Shown: positions 9,029 through 18,050 of the stretch, piece by piece
How positions within the stretch are numbered: the first letter of the stretch is position 1
Layout: every line of letters starts with the position of its first letter
Assembly: GCA_944385465.1 (NCBI GenBank)
Contig: CALWXH010000002.1
Coordinates: forward strand, 13,569 to 77,568
Direction: 5' to 3'
From: an uncultured Oscillospiraceae bacterium
GTDB taxonomy: Bacteria > Bacillota > Clostridia > Oscillospirales > Oscillospiraceae
DNA: 64,000 bases
Notes under the pieces: model-generated
The model's database searches: none
Told to the model about the DNA's origin: nothing
Seen by the model: only the letters and a program-made list of their open reading frames with translations
Translations under genes and position numbers: made by a program

Positions 9029-11800
9029 TTACAGCCCGGTGAGGATGGCCGCCCGGCTGCCGCCGGTCTTCTCCTTGGTCACCACGATCTGCCGCTGGAT
9101 CTGTTCCTTCAGCTCGGAGACGTGGGAGATGATGCCCACCAGCCGGTCGCTCTCAGCCAGGCTGGACAGGGCCTGCATGGCCTGCTGGAGGGAGTCCTCG
9201 TCCAGGGAGCCGAAGCCCTCGTCCACAAACATGCTCTCCAACCGGACGCCGCCGGCGCTGGCCTGGATCTCGTCGGACAGCCCCAGGGCCAGGGAGAGGG
9301 AGGCCAGGAAGGACTCCCCGCCGGACAGGGTCCGGACGCTGCGGGTGGTGCCGTTGTAGTGGTCGATGACCTCCAGGTCCAGGCCGCTCTGGCTCCTGTT
9401 GTTGTCCGCCTCCCGCCGGCGGCGCAGCTCGTACTGCCCGCCGGACATCACCAGGAAGCGGATGTTGGCCCGGCCGATGACCCGGTCGAAGTAGGCGGCC
9501 TGGATATAGGCCTCCAGCTGGATGTGCTGCTTTTCCCGGAGCGTGCCGTTGGCGGTGTCGGACAGGGCCTTGACCCAGCGGTAGGTCTCCTCCGCCGCGG
9601 CCAGGGCGGCCTGCTGGCGCTGAATGTTGTCCAGGGCGGCCTGGTTGCCGGACAGGCGGACGTGGAGCTCCTGCGCCTGGGCGGCCTGCCGGGCGCGCTG
9701 TTGGGTGAGGCGCGCCTTCTCCTCCAGCCAGGCGGCGGTGTCCGGGGCGGGCTGCCCCTTCAGCAGCTGCCGGGCCTGGGCGATCTGGGCCTGGAGGGCG
9801 GTGACCTGGCCCTGGATGTCGTCAACGCGGGCCTGCCGCCCGGCCAGGGCCTGCCGGAGGGCTTCGGCCTGGCTCTTCCGCTGGCGGATGGCCTGCTGGG
9901 CGGCCTGGCTGGTCTCGTAGGTCAGGGAGGCGGCCAGCGTGCCCAGGTGGGACTCCAGATCATTCCGGCGGGAGGCGCTGGCGGCCAGCTCCTTGTCCAG
10001 CTGCACGCAGCTGCGCTCCAAATCCGCGGCCCGGGCGCGCTCCCGGGGGATCAGCTCGTCCAGGGCGGCCTTTTCCTTCACCCCCCGCCGGGCCTGGGCC
10101 AGATCGTCAGATAGCAGCGTCAGGCCGGTGCGGGCGCGGGTGAGCTCCCGCTCCAGGGTCTGGGGCAGGGCGTCGGGGGACACGCCCGGCAGCAGCTCCT
10201 CCGCCTGGCGGGTCAGGGCGGCCAGCTTTTCCTCCAGGGCGCCCTGCCTGGCCCCGGCCTTGGCGCTGGCCGCGCTGGCGGCCTGGCGGGCCTGCTCCGC
10301 CGCCTTTCCGGCGCTGTCCAGCTGTGCCCTGGTGGGGGCGTGGGGGGATTTGCAGGCGGGCTTTGGATGGTCCAGAGCGCCGCACACCGGACAGGGGATG
10401 TTGTCCCGGAGGGTGTCGGCCAGGATGCCGGCCTGTTCATCCAGATAGGCCTGGTTCAGCCGGTCATAGGTGTGCTGGGCCTGGAGGGCGGCGGTGGATT
10501 TGGCCAGATAGTCCTGCTGGGCGGCCAGGACGTCCTGCTGAAGGGCCTGGAGCGCGCGCAGCTCTTCCTCCAGCGCCTTCAGGGCCTGCTGCCGCCGCAG
10601 AAGGTCGGCCTGCTCCGCCTCCAGCCGGGCCAGCTGTTCCCCGCAGTCCTTCAGGGCCTCCTGGCGTGTGCCCAGCTCGTCCAGGCCGGCCTGGATGGAG
10701 TTGAGCTCCCCGCTGTGCTCTTCCAGCTGCTCCCGCTGGGCCTCCATTTGGGTGAGCAGGCCGCTGTGGGCGCGGCGCAGCTCGTCCAGCCGGGCGTACT
10801 GGGGCAGCTGGGCCTGGATGGCGGCGGCAGCCGCGGTGAGCTCCTCGGCCCGGCCCTGCCCGGCCTGCTCTGCCGCCAGGACCTCTCTGGCCTGCTCCAG
10901 CTGGGGCAGGCAGAGGGTGAGCTGGCTCTGGGCACGCTGGAGGGCCTGCTGGGTGCGCTCCTGCTCCTGGGCCTGGACCAGCCGGGCGTTGAGGCCTTCC
11001 AGCGCCCGGTCTGTCTCCTGGATCTCACCCAGGCAGAGGTCCCGGGCCCGGGTGTCCGCCTGGAGCAGCCGGGTGAGCAGGGCCGGGGTTTCGGACAGGG
11101 GCAGCTGCCCCTCCTGAATCTGCCCCAGGTGGAGGGCCTCCGGGCTGTCCGGGGGGCACTGGATGCCGGAGATGTACTGGCGGATGCTGGCCGCGGCGGC
11201 CTCGAAGTCTGCCCGGAGCCGCCCGGCCTCCTCCTTCAGACGGTCCTGGAGCCGCTGATAGGGGCGGGTGTGGAACAGCTTCTGAAAAATTTTCCTGCGT
11301 TCCTCGGTGGGGGAGAGCAGCAGCTTGAGAAAGTCCCCCTGGGCGATCATGGCGATCTGGGTGAACTGGCCGCGGTCCATGCCCAGGATGTCCACAATGG
11401 CCCGGTTCACGTCGGTGAGTTTGGCGACCACCTTGCCGTCGGGGAGGTGCAGCTCCGCGCCGGCCTTCTCCGCGGTGAAGCCCTCCCCCCGGGCTTTGGG
11501 CCGCTGATATTCCGGGTTGCGCCGCACCCGGTATTCCTGGCTGCCGCTGCGGAAGGTGAGCTCCACAAAGGTGGGGGTGTCGGGCCGGGCGTATTTGGAG
11601 CGCAGCATGGACGCCTCCCGGTTTTCCCCGCTGGCTTCCCCGAACAGGGCGAAGGTGATGGCGTCAAAAATGGTGGTCTTGCCGGCGCCGGTGTCGCCGG
11701 TGATGAGATACAGCCCGCCGGACCCCAGCCGGGACAGCTCCAGCTCGGTCAGACCGGCATAGGGGCCGAAGGCGGACAGGACAAGCTTCAGCGGTCTCAT
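9029..11800 (-). CDS. sbcC: SbcC/Rad50-like DNA repair exonuclease ATPase subunit
   Basis: Walker A GDTGAGKTTIFDAITFALFG, a long Q/A/L coiled coil with zinc hook CPVCG, and a C-terminal LSGGESF signature with DEGFGSLD. Confidence 0.92.
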   Translation of the reverse strand: MRPLKLVLSAFGPYAGLTELELSRLGSGGLYLITGDTGAGKTTIFDAITFALFGEASGENREASMLRSKYARPDTPTFVELTFRSGSQEYRVRRNPEYQRPKARGEGFTAEKAGAELHLPDGKVVAKLTDVNRAIVDILGMDRGQFTQIAMIAQGDFLKLLLSPTEERRKIFQKLFHTRPYQRLQDRLKEEAGRLRADFEAAAASIRQYISGIQCPPDSPEALHLGQIQEGQLPLSETPALLTRLLQADTRARDLCLGEIQETDRALEGLNARLVQAQEQERTQQALQRAQSQLTLCLPQLEQAREVLAAEQAGQGRAEELTAAAAAIQAQLPQYARLDELRRAHSGLLTQMEAQREQLEEHSGELNSIQAGLDELGTRQEALKDCGEQLARLEAEQADLLRRQQALKALEEELRALQALQQDVLAAQQDYLAKSTAALQAQHTYDRLNQAYLDEQAGILADTLRDNIPCPVCGALDHPKPACKSPHAPTRAQLDSAGKAAEQARQAASAASAKAGARQGALEEKLAALTRQAEELLPGVSPDALPQTLERELTRARTGLTLLSDDLAQARRGVKEKAALDELIPRERARAADLERSCVQLDKELAASASRRNDLESHLGTLAASLTYETSQAAQQAIRQRKSQAEALRQALAGRQARVDDIQGQVTALQAQIAQARQLLKGQPAPDTAAWLEEKARLTQQRARQAAQAQELHVRLSGNQAALDNIQRQQAALAAAEETYRWVKALSDTANGTLREKQHIQLEAYIQAAYFDRVIGRANIRFLVMSGGQYELRRRREADNNRSQSGLDLEVIDHYNGTTRSVRTLSGGESFLASLSLALGLSDEIQASAGGVRLESMFVDEGFGSLDEDSLQQAMQALSSLAESDRLVGIISHVSELKEQIQRQIVVTKEKTGGSRAAILTGL

Positions 11801-12936
11801 GGCGTCTCCTCCCAGATCTGCTCCATCAGTCCCTGGACAAACCGGGCCTGCTCCGGGGACATGGGCTGATTGTTCTGCAGCTGGTAGAATTCCTCGAACA
11901 GCTCCAGGGGGCTGCGGCGCTCCGGGGCCGGGGCCCCGTCCAGGGCGGCGTGGCTGCGGGTGCGGGTGTTGTCATAGTCCAGCTTCATGAGGTTGTGGTA
12001 GATGGTCTGCAGGCGGCCCATGGCGTTGGGGATGTCCTCCTCGTCGGTGAGGGTGATGTGGACGTAGTCCTCCTGCCAGGAAGTGCCCTGATAAAAATCC
12101 CGGAGGGTGAGCTGCTGATAGGGGCCGCGCAGCTCCACCAGGTCCCGCAGCGGCCGGAGGGGGAGGGTGCGCAGGGTGAGCGCGCCCTTTTCCTCCAGCT
12201 GGACCACGGTGACGGACTTGTGGTGGCCGGCCTCGGAGAAGGAGTACTTCAGGGGGGTGCCGCAGTAGCGCACCCGCGCCGAGCCGATGTTCTGGGGGCC
12301 GTGGATGTGGCCCAGGGCCACATAGTCAAAGGGGGCGAACACCGAGACGTCCACATTGTCCAGCCCGCCCACGCTCACCTCCTCCGACTGGCAGCGCTGG
12401 GCGCCGGTGACAAACTGGTGGGCCACCAGGATGTTGCGGCGCTCCGGATTCACCTGCATCTGGGCGATTGCCACGCCCAGGGCGTCGGTATAGCTCTGGA
12501 TGTCCTCGTCGGGGAAATACCGGCGCACATGGGCGGGCTTGAGAAAGGGCAAAAGGTACAGATCCACCGGCCCGTGGGAATCCCACAGGGTGAAGGGGGT
12601 GATTGCCCCGCTGTACACCGGGGCGAGGTGAATGCCGCTGGTGTCCATCAGCCGCCCGCCGAAGGCCAGCCGCTCCGGGCTGTCGTGGTTGCCGCTGATG
12701 ACAAAGACCTGGGTGTCCAGCTGGGACAGCCGGAAGAGAAACTCGTCCAGCAGCTCCACTGCCTCGGCGGAGGGGACGGCCTTGTCGTAGATGTCGCCGG
12801 CCAGCAGCACGCCGTCGGGGCGTTCCGCCTGGACGGCGGAGAGGATCTGCCGGAGGATGTGCCGCTGATCCTCCAGCATGGAAAAGCCGTTGACCCGTTT
12901 TCCCAGGTGCAAGTCAGACAGGTGGATGAATTTCAT
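11797..12936 (-). CDS. sbcD: SbcD/Mre11-like nuclease subunit
   Basis: MKFIHLSDLHLGK, GDIYD and GNHD calcineurin-like phosphoesterase motifs. Its stop overlaps the sbcC start (ATGA). Start at 12936 behind GAGGAGG. Confidence 0.92.
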   Translation of the reverse strand: MKFIHLSDLHLGKRVNGFSMLEDQRHILRQILSAVQAERPDGVLLAGDIYDKAVPSAEAVELLDEFLFRLSQLDTQVFVISGNHDSPERLAFGGRLMDTSGIHLAPVYSGAITPFTLWDSHGPVDLYLLPFLKPAHVRRYFPDEDIQSYTDALGVAIAQMQVNPERRNILVAHQFVTGAQRCQSEEVSVGGLDNVDVSVFAPFDYVALGHIHGPQNIGSARVRYCGTPLKYSFSEAGHHKSVTVVQLEEKGALTLRTLPLRPLRDLVELRGPYQQLTLRDFYQGTSWQEDYVHITLTDEEDIPNAMGRLQTIYHNLMKLDYDNTRTRSHAALDGAPAPERRSPLELFEEFYQLQNNQPMSPEQARFVQGLMEQIWEETP

Positions 12937-13022
12937 GGGCGTGCCTCCTCGCGTGGAATGGGCGGTCAAGGAAATTATAGCGTGGATCGCCGGGGAATAC
13001 AAGGACGGGGGAGACAAAGAAC

Positions 13023-13052
13023 GGCGCCCCGGTTCAAAAGAACCGGGGCGCC
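13023..13052 (-). terminator. intrinsic terminator after the MFS transporter gene
   Basis: GGCGCCCCGGTTC-TTTT-GAACCGGGGCGCC followed by a T-rich tail on the minus strand. Confidence 0.7.
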
Positions 13053-13074
13053 GGGAAAAGACGAGGGTGCGGGA

Positions 13075-14346
13075 TTACTGCTTGCCCTTGCACTTGTTGG
13101 TGACCAGCAGCAGCAGGATCATGCCCACCACGTCCACGCCGATGAAGATGGCGTAGGGCAGGGTGTAGTCGCCGTGAGAGGCGGTCAGGCCCACAGCCAG
13201 CACCACGAAGGCGGCCTTCTGGATCAGAGAGGCAATGGGGGAGACCAGGGAGTTGGCGGCCATGAAGTCATAGCGGCCGTACACGGCGATGACCAGGGAG
13301 GCCATCAGGTTCAGCAGGCCGCCGATGCCGAAGCCCACGAAGAGGATGCCGATGTAGGTCAGGACCTCGATCTGGGCAAAGATCAGCAGCAGCAGGGCCA
13401 CGATGTAGCACAGGGCGTACACACAGGAGGCGGCCTTGGTGCCGATCTTCTGGTCCAGCCAGCCCCAGAAGTAGGAGCCCACCAGGCCGATGATGGCGGC
13501 GATGGTCAGCATCATGGTGGCGGTGCCCTGGTCATAGCCCACGCTCTGCATCCGGGGGATGAACTGGGAGACGATGCCCACGGTGACCATCCACAGCATG
13601 CCGAAGCCCACGGAGATCAGCCACATGTCCTTGTCCCGGAGCAGGCGGCCGATGGTGAAGGGGCTCTTGTAGCTCTTCATGGCGTCCAGCTGGGCGGCCA
13701 GCTGCTTGCCGTCGTCCTTGATGTTGTCGGGGTAGGCGCCCACTTCCTCAGGATACTCCTTGATCCAGAAGAAGGAGACGATGCCCAGCACCACCACCAC
13801 GATGCCCACGATGAGGGAGCCGGTGGCAATGCCGCCGCCGGGCATGCCGTAGAGGACACCCAGGATGGCGGGGAAGGTGGCGGAGCACAGGGGGGCGCCC
13901 ATGGTGGCCCAGCCCAGGGCGATGCCCTTCTTGCGGGGGAACCAGTTGCCCATGAGGGTGGCGGTGCCGATCAGGCCGAAGGCCATGGAGACGAAGGTGA
14001 AGGCGGTCAGCACGATGAAGTACATGACCGGGGTCATCACATAGCCGAAGATGGCGTACAGCACGCCGGTGACGATCAGCGCCCAGCTGCACAGCTTGCG
14101 CACGCCGGTCTTGATGCACAGGCGGCCGAAGAGGATGCCGCCCACCACGCCCACGATACCGGCGGGGGTGGCGAAGCCCAGCAGCATGTTGCTGTCCCAG
14201 CCGTGGGTGGCGGCGAACACATTGGGGTACAGGTTCAGGCCGTCCACGCACAGGCCGGACCAGAAGTAGTACAGGAGCATGGTGTAGATGATCATGCTCC
14301 AGCCCCACTTGCCGAACCGGCTGTTGGTCAGTTGTTTGTTGTCCAT
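13075..14346 (-). CDS. MFS transporter
   Basis: 423 aa with about 12 hydrophobic segments. Start at ATG 14346 (MDNKQLT) behind GGGAGG. The upstream 160 codons of ORF 13075..14832 are non-coding AT-rich intergenic sequence. Confidence 0.85.
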   Translation of the reverse strand: MDNKQLTNSRFGKWGWSMIIYTMLLYYFWSGLCVDGLNLYPNVFAATHGWDSNMLLGFATPAGIVGVVGGILFGRLCIKTGVRKLCSWALIVTGVLYAIFGYVMTPVMYFIVLTAFTFVSMAFGLIGTATLMGNWFPRKKGIALGWATMGAPLCSATFPAILGVLYGMPGGGIATGSLIVGIVVVVLGIVSFFWIKEYPEEVGAYPDNIKDDGKQLAAQLDAMKSYKSPFTIGRLLRDKDMWLISVGFGMLWMVTVGIVSQFIPRMQSVGYDQGTATMMLTIAAIIGLVGSYFWGWLDQKIGTKAASCVYALCYIVALLLLIFAQIEVLTYIGILFVGFGIGGLLNLMASLVIAVYGRYDFMAANSLVSPIASLIQKAAFVVLAVGLTASHGDYTLPYAIFIGVDVVGMILLLLVTNKCKGKQ

Positions 14347-14833
14347 ACAGAAACCTCCCAAACTTTTTCTCTTCCGGCGCGGAGCCTCACCCGCTCCGCG
14401 CCGGCCGGCCAGAGCGGACAACTCCGGCCGGACATAATGAAAGCGGGTGAACCATGACAAAATGGCATACCCGTCATTACTTTTTAGTATAAGCCAGAAT
14501 GGGAAAATAGACAAGTCAAATTTCTGCGGGGTGCATGGAACTGGGGATTTCTGGGCATAATATGATGCTGAAAATTTGATGGGTTGCACAAATTTGGGTC
14601 GGGAAAAATTGTGGAACAGGGAGAGAGAAAATGGCGAAGATTGGATGACCTGTCCAAAACATGTGCATAGAATTTGTGGTAGCTGACCAAAAAATGCCGG
14701 CGGGGTGTGCCGGGGCGGCTGCCAGGGGGAAACCGCCGGGGGATTGGCCCTTTCCATTTGTCCGGCGGGGTGATACAATAAAAATAAGGCAGGCACAGCC
14801 TGCAAAGACATCGGAAAACAGGAGGTTTGCACA

Positions 14834-15652
14834 ATGGCCTACAATGTTCCCGTCACCATGGCGGACAAGCAGAAGAGCTACTACAAGTACTTTGTCCAGG
14901 AGATGGCCGCGCCGGACCCCGCCCTGCTGGAGAAGATCAAGCAGGGGCCCTGCGACAATCAGTACGCCCACCGCATCGAGGACCGCAACGACCTGTTCAA
15001 GCCCGGCTACCTCAACGACGGCAAGTCGGAGTTCGGCTACTGGCTGCTGGAGAACGGCACCGCCATGATCGCCAACAAGACCTTCTTCCCCGGCGCCACC
15101 GGCGAGATGTTTGACTGGTGGTTTGCCTGGCATCCCATTGACCGGCTGCGCTACGGGATCTGGGATCATGACGACCACTATGACGTGTACCTGGACGACC
15201 CCATCAAAGCCCGGGACATCACCAAGTCCATGCGGGAGCGCCACTGGGGCAGCGTCCACCACGTGTGGGAGGACATCGGCATGGGCAACGGCCTGCTCAC
15301 CATCAGCTTCAAGCGCCCCAGGGAACTGGGCTATGACGAGAGCCTGGTGGACACCGAGCACTGCAACGCCCTGGTGTGCGCCAACTGCTGCACCGTGGGC
15401 AACAGCGACATGCCCGACATCCCCGTGGTGATGACCCATTTCCTGCGCCCGGTGGAGGGCGGCTCTGAGCTGCGCAGCCGCTTCTGGTTCGGCTATCAGA
15501 TCCTGGACGGCCAGCCGGTGAAGATGATCCCCGACGGGACAGCCATCCCCGAGTTCGTCCCCGTGTGCCTGCTGCAGCACAATGTGAAGGAGTTTGCCAA
15601 CCTGGCCGCCATCCTGCCCAGCGTGTACGCCGAGGAGAAGGACAACTGGTAA
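14834..15652 (+). CDS. DAPG-hydrolase (PhlG) / phloretin-hydrolase family protein, paralog 2
   Basis: 272 aa. Blocks FFPGATGEMFDWWFAWH, RYGIWDHDDH, RFWFGYQ and NVKEFANLAAILPSVYAEEKDNW parallel ORF 3448..4242. AGGAGG RBS. Confidence 0.6.
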   Translation: MAYNVPVTMADKQKSYYKYFVQEMAAPDPALLEKIKQGPCDNQYAHRIEDRNDLFKPGYLNDGKSEFGYWLLENGTAMIANKTFFPGATGEMFDWWFAWHPIDRLRYGIWDHDDHYDVYLDDPIKARDITKSMRERHWGSVHHVWEDIGMGNGLLTISFKRPRELGYDESLVDTEHCNALVCANCCTVGNSDMPDIPVVMTHFLRPVEGGSELRSRFWFGYQILDGQPVKMIPDGTAIPEFVPVCLLQHNVKEFANLAAILPSVYAEEKDNW

Positions 15653-15669
15653 AACCGCGTGAAGTGAAA

Positions 15670-15706
15670 CAGCCTGGAACTCGTTTCGAGTTCCAGGCTG
15701 TTTTTT
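15670..15706 (+). terminator. intrinsic terminator
   Basis: ACAGCCTGGAACTCG-TTTC-GAGTTCCAGGCTGT then TTTTT. Confidence 0.9.
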
Positions 15707-15729
15707 GTCGATTCTGAACGGAAGGGGGC

Positions 15730-17388
15730 TTATACCTCCATAATCACAGGCAGGATCATGGGATTGCGCTTGGTTTTCTTATAGAGGAAGTTGGACAGGC
15801 TGCCCTTGATCTCGGACTTGATGGTGGACCAGTCCCGGGCGTGGCGGTCGGAGCAGCGCTCCAGGGCGTCCACGGCCACCTGCTTCAGCTCGTCCATCAG
15901 GGCCTCGGACTCCTTCACGTACACGAAGCCCCGGGTGATGATGTCGGGGCCGGAGATGACCTGCCCGTCCTCGCCGGACATGGACACCACCACCACGATC
16001 ATGCCGTCCTGGGCCAGGTGCTGCCGGTCCCGGAGGACCACGGCGCCCACATCGCCCACGCCGTAGCCGTCCACAAACACCTTGCCGGAGGGGACGGTGC
16101 CGTTGAGCTTGACGCTCTTGGGGGTGAGCTCGATGACCTTGCCCACGTCGCTGATGACGATGTTCCGGGGGTCCATACCCATATCCCGGGCCAGCTTGGC
16201 GTGGGTCTTGAGCATGCGCTGCTCCCCGTGGACGGGGATGAAGAACTTGGGCTTCACCAGGGCGTGGACGATCTTCAGCTCCTCCTGACAGGCGTGTCCG
16301 GACACGTGGAGGGGCAGTTCCCGCTCGTTCACCACCTCCGCGTCCCGGCGGTAGAGCTCGTTGATGACGTTGCCGATGGAATTTTCGTTGCCGGGGATGG
16401 CGGAGGCGGAGATGATCACCCGGTCGCCGGGCTGGATGTCCACCTGGCGGTGGGTGTTGAAGGCCATCCGGGTGAGGGCGGACATGGTCTCGCCCTGGCT
16501 GCCGGTGGTGATGATGCACACCTTGTTTTTGGGCATGGTCTTGATCTGGGCCACGTCCACCACCGTGCCGGCGGGCACCTGCATGTAGCCCAGCTCGGTG
16601 GACACCCGCATGGCGTTTTCCATGGAGCGGCCGGTGACCGCCACCTTGCGGCCGTATTTGGCCGCCACATTGATGATCTGCTGGATCCGGTCAATGTTGG
16701 AGGCGAAGGTGGTGACGATGATGCGCTGGTCACAGCCCCGGAACAGCGCCTCGAAGGAGGCGCCCACGCTGCGCTCGCTCTTGGTGAAGCCGGGGCGCTC
16801 CACGTTGGTGGAGTCGGCCAGCAGGGCCAGCACCCCCTCCCGGCCCAGCTCGCCCAGCCGGGTCAGGTCGGCCATGCCGCCCTGGATGGGGGTGGGGTCG
16901 ATCTTGAAGTCGCCGGTGTGGACGCACACCCCCACCGGGCAGCGGATGGCAAAGGCCACCGCGTCGGCGATGGAGTGGTTGATGTGGATGAACTCCACGG
17001 AGAACTTGCCCGCCCGGACGGTCTCGCCGGCCTCGCAGGTCACCAGCTTTACCTTGTCCGCCAGATGGTGCTCCTCCAGCTTCAGGCGGATCAGGCCGGC
17101 GGACATGCGGGTGGCGTAGATGGGGGCCTGGATGTCCCGCATGAGATAGGGGATGGCGCCGATGTGGTCCTCGTGGCCATGGGTGATGAAAATGGCCCGG
17201 ATCCGGTCCCGGTTCTGGAGCAGGTAGGTGAAGTCGGGGATGACCACGTCGATGCCGTACATGTCGTCATCGGGGAAGCCCATGCCCACATCCACCAGGA
17301 TGATATCCCCGCCGTACTCATAGACGGTGAGGTTCTTGCCGATCTCGTTGAGACCGCCCAGAGAGATGATTTTCAGTTTTTCTGCCAT
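15730..17388 (-). CDS. rnj: ribonuclease J
   Basis: Beta-CASP metallo-beta-lactamase: LGGLNEIGKN, ITHGHEDHIGAIPYL, 552 aa. Confidence 0.92.
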   Translation of the reverse strand: MAEKLKIISLGGLNEIGKNLTVYEYGGDIILVDVGMGFPDDDMYGIDVVIPDFTYLLQNRDRIRAIFITHGHEDHIGAIPYLMRDIQAPIYATRMSAGLIRLKLEEHHLADKVKLVTCEAGETVRAGKFSVEFIHINHSIADAVAFAIRCPVGVCVHTGDFKIDPTPIQGGMADLTRLGELGREGVLALLADSTNVERPGFTKSERSVGASFEALFRGCDQRIIVTTFASNIDRIQQIINVAAKYGRKVAVTGRSMENAMRVSTELGYMQVPAGTVVDVAQIKTMPKNKVCIITTGSQGETMSALTRMAFNTHRQVDIQPGDRVIISASAIPGNENSIGNVINELYRRDAEVVNERELPLHVSGHACQEELKIVHALVKPKFFIPVHGEQRMLKTHAKLARDMGMDPRNIVISDVGKVIELTPKSVKLNGTVPSGKVFVDGYGVGDVGAVVLRDRQHLAQDGMIVVVVSMSGEDGQVISGPDIITRGFVYVKESEALMDELKQVAVDALERCSDRHARDWSTIKSEIKGSLSNFLYKKTKRNPMILPVIMEV

Positions 17389-17732
17389 AATAACTCCTTT
17401 TCCAAATGAATGTCAGGTAATTTGTGCGCAAGGCAACAAGGCCGAACCCGGGGGCTCTGCCTGAGGTGCCTTATGTATCCGGGGGCGGAGCGGCGGCAGC
17501 AGAACCAGCGGGACCCCGCAGGGTTCCGCGGATCCGCGCAGGCGCAGAGGAAACCTTGCCCCATTCCGTCCCGGCCCTGTCTCGCCGGATGGGAGTGGAC
17601 GGCAGACCTGCTGCCCCGCGCTGTGCGCCGGTGTGCACGGGTGCTCCGCACCCAAATCAAAACGCCGGAAAGGCGCTTACGCCACGTCTGAAACGCTCGA
17701 CCTCCCCAGGGGAGAGGGAACAATTCCAAAAT

Positions 17733-17761
17733 AGTATAGCATAGAGGCGGGGAAAAGTACA
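17733..17761 (-). promoter_or_regulatory. possible extended -10 promoter for rnj (implies a ~340-nt leader)
   Basis: Minus strand TGTACT-17 nt (ending TGC)-TATACT. This is the only convincing -10 in the 660-bp gap. Confidence 0.35.
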
Positions 17762-17890
17762 GCATTTTTTGGCGGGCCGCCGCCAGGTGGACCGATAATT
17801 CTTTTGACACCCGGATTCCGGGGAAAACGTTCTGAAAAGGGAGGGTAAAGCGTCCGGGGGGAGAGGGGGCGGAAAAGGGCCCGACATAGA

Positions 17891-17983
17891 GTTTTCAACA
17901 GCTTCCACAGAGTTTTCCACAACCGCGTGGAAGCCGCTGAAGTTCCGAACGGGTAGACATAAAAGATGTCAAGAATAATTTCG
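17891..17983. repeat. conserved intergenic element, copy A (tandem TTCCACA 9-mers plus GACAT..ATGTC palindrome)
   Basis: GTTTTCAACA-GCTTCCACA-GA-GTTTTCCACA...GGGTAGACATAAAAGATGTCAAGA. The same architecture occurs at 45089..45192. Confidence 0.7.
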
Positions 17984-17996
17984 TGGGCAAATCCAT

Positions 17997-18031
17997 GAAA
18001 AAAGGCTGGCAGCCACCGGGCTGCCAGCCTT
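17997..18031 (-). terminator. intrinsic terminator of pepF
   Basis: AAGGCTGGCAG-CCCGGTGG-CTGCCAGCCTT then TTTTTT on the minus strand. Confidence 0.85.
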
Positions 18032-18050
18032 TCCATATGGGAGCGGAGCA

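Noticed and set aside
17891-17983. The TTCCACA element as the chromosomal origin (oriC), as a dif site, or as parS.
   Set aside because: There is no dnaA or dnaN nearby, no AT-rich unwinding element, and only 3-4 weak boxes. Two copies exist, whereas dif should be unique, and the match to the Firmicutes dif XerC arm is poor. The TTCCAC/GTGGAA half-sites are split by 6 nt, unlike parS (TGTTNCACGTGNAACA).
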